A stretch of 36,921 nt of DNA from a virus (lineage: Duplodnaviria; Caudoviricetes), in IMG/VR virus record IMGVR_UViG_3300020045_013551, positions 1 to 36,921 of that record; one strand, 5' to 3'. Below, piece by piece: positions 35,689 through 36,921 of this stretch. The first letter of the stretch is position 1, and every line of letters begins with the position of its first letter. A program made the translations under genes and the position numbers. A model generated the notes under the pieces. That model did no database searches. It was not told where the DNA came from and saw only the letters and a program-made list of their open reading frames with translations.

Positions 35689-36507
35689 ATGAAAACACCT
35701 ATTAGCTACTACGGTGGCAAACAAAACCTTGTAACTACTATTTTGCCACTGATCCCAAAGCATAATACATACGTTGAGCCATTTGTGGGCGGTGGTGCAA
35801 TTTTCTGGTCGAAAACTAAAAGCGAGGTCGAGATTATTAATGATAATAATCGTGAATTGATCAACTTTTATGAGGTTGTTCAGAGTGAGTTTGTTGAGCT
35901 TGAAAAGATGATCCGGATTAGTCTTCATTCAAGGTCGCTGCATAACGATGCAACCGTCATCTATAACAATCCACACATGTTTAGCCGAATAAAAAGAGCC
36001 TGGGCAGTATGGGTATTGGCCGCCCAATCTTTCAGCGCAATGCTGGACGGCTCGTGGGGCTACGATAAGCAAAAAGGGACAACGTCGCTGAAGATTACCA
36101 ATAAGCGCGACTCGTTTACGATAGACTATGCTATTAGATTGCAGAACGTTCAGGTTGAGTGTACTGATGCGCTTCGCATTATTCGATCAAGAGATTATCC
36201 CGGAGTGTTTATTTATTGTGATCCGCCGTATTTTAACAGCGATTGTGGCCATTATGACGGCTATACTCGTGAAGATTTTGAAGAGCTTTTAAAGGCCCTG
36301 ACATCAATACAAGGTAAATTCTTAATGAGTAGCTATCCAAGTGATATTTTAAGGTCATATACAAAAGAAAATGGATGGAATACAAAGACACTCGAGCAGG
36401 TTGTAAGTGTCGCAAATGGAACCGGAAGTCCGGGTAAAAGGAAAATTGAAGTACTAACGGCAAATTATGACTTATCTAACCCAGCAGATGATTTAAAGTT
36501 GTTTTAA
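35689..36507 (+). CDS. DNA adenine methyltransferase (Dam/D12 class)
   Basis: YYGGK, YVEPFVGGGA, EIIND, YCDPPY; occupies the mom position of Mu. Confidence 0.93.
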   Translation: MKTPISYYGGKQNLVTTILPLIPKHNTYVEPFVGGGAIFWSKTKSEVEIINDNNRELINFYEVVQSEFVELEKMIRISLHSRSLHNDATVIYNNPHMFSRIKRAWAVWVLAAQSFSAMLDGSWGYDKQKGTTSLKITNKRDSFTIDYAIRLQNVQVECTDALRIIRSRDYPGVFIYCDPPYFNSDCGHYDGYTREDFEELLKALTSIQGKFLMSSYPSDILRSYTKENGWNTKTLEQVVSVANGTGSPGKRKIEVLTANYDLSNPADDLKLF

Positions 36508-36558
36508 ATGATGATTAAAAAGAAAATGCGTGATTATAGAAAAGCGATTAATTTTGTA

Positions 36559-36603
36559 CAAATTGATTTTAAATCATGCGCAATTTGATTTTTGCCGATT
36601 ACA
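36559..36603. repeat. Putative prophage right end with two transposase-binding repeats
   Basis: CAAATTGATTTT (36559-36570) and CAATTTGATTTT (36581-36592), 22 bp apart, then terminal CA at 36602-36603. Confidence 0.65.
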
Positions 36604-36696
36604 AGTTCGGCTTCTAACGCGATCTTCTATTTTTGGTCTTCCGTCTCCGGACTCCGGACTTTTTTCTGTCAATTTCGATTGAACACTGATGACTTT

Positions 36697-36921
36697 TTAT
36701 TGCGCTATTCTCACCAGTTTTATCCGTTCTTCCTTTTCTCCGGAACGAATACTCAGGATTAAAAAGCCCTGAGGCAAGTTAGCAAGATTCTTCAGAATAA
36801 TGGTTCCTTCGGATTTGAAAGTGGATTGCCAAAGGCAAATTCCCTGAAGATTGTAGATGCTGACGACACAGATTTCATCGATTGAATTGTTCAGATTTCT
36901 AACAAAAAGAAAATCAGTAAA
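36697..36921 (-). CDS. Host gene 3' end with T9SS C-terminal sorting domain (partial)
   Basis: Translates FTDFLFVRNL...VSIYNLQG...LANLPQGFLILSIRSGEKEERIKLVRIAQ*. Confidence 0.75.
   Translation of the reverse strand, partial: FTDFLFVRNLNNSIDEICVVSIYNLQGICLWQSTFKSEGTIILKNLANLPQGFLILSIRSGEKEERIKLVRIAQ

Larger units (their letters stand above)
109..36603. mobile_element. Mu-like transposable prophage (siphovirus-type tail), Bacteroidota host
   Basis: Repressor, DDE transposase + AAA ATPase, GemA-like, DUF935-like portal, MuF, gpG-like, gp36-like, protease, capsid, tail and terminal methyltransferase genes in Mu-like synteny. Right end ...GATTACA followed by host DNA. Left end not resolved. Confidence 0.93.

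Noticed and set aside
36636-36662. Short CTCCGGA tandem repeat
   Set aside because: Outside the predicted phage end; ordinary host intergenic microrepeat

Overview
Near-complete (~36.5 kb) Mu-like transposable prophage with a siphovirus-type tail, in a Bacteroidota host. Host assignment rests on TTTG-N19-TAnnTTTG promoters and a flanking host gene ending in a T9SS-type C-terminal domain. Layout: repressor/early switch, DDE transposase plus MuB-like ATPase, a long early operon, a minus-strand packaging block (terminases, portal, MuF), a plus-strand head/lysis/tail block, and a DNA adenine methyltransferase at the right end, which terminates in ...GATTACA near 36603. The standout is a compact diversity-generating retroelement in the EARLY region: RT (9591-10541), an 80-nt template repeat (9407-9486) and two tandem paralogous target genes whose variable repeats differ from the TR only at adenines (13/13 and 12/12 mismatches). 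The targets are small cytoplasmic-looking proteins rather than tail fibres. No avd gene is recognisable, and a translationally coupled 103-aa ORF follows the RT. Other notable signals: a tRNA-like RNA with an elongated anticodon arm, an apparent -1 frameshift fusing portal to MuF, three tail-region proteins with Sec signal peptides, a switch-like RNA leader on the methyltransferase, and a perfect 108-bp inverted copy of the immunity region at the window start (possibly an artefact). Family names are from motif recognition and synteny, not database searches.
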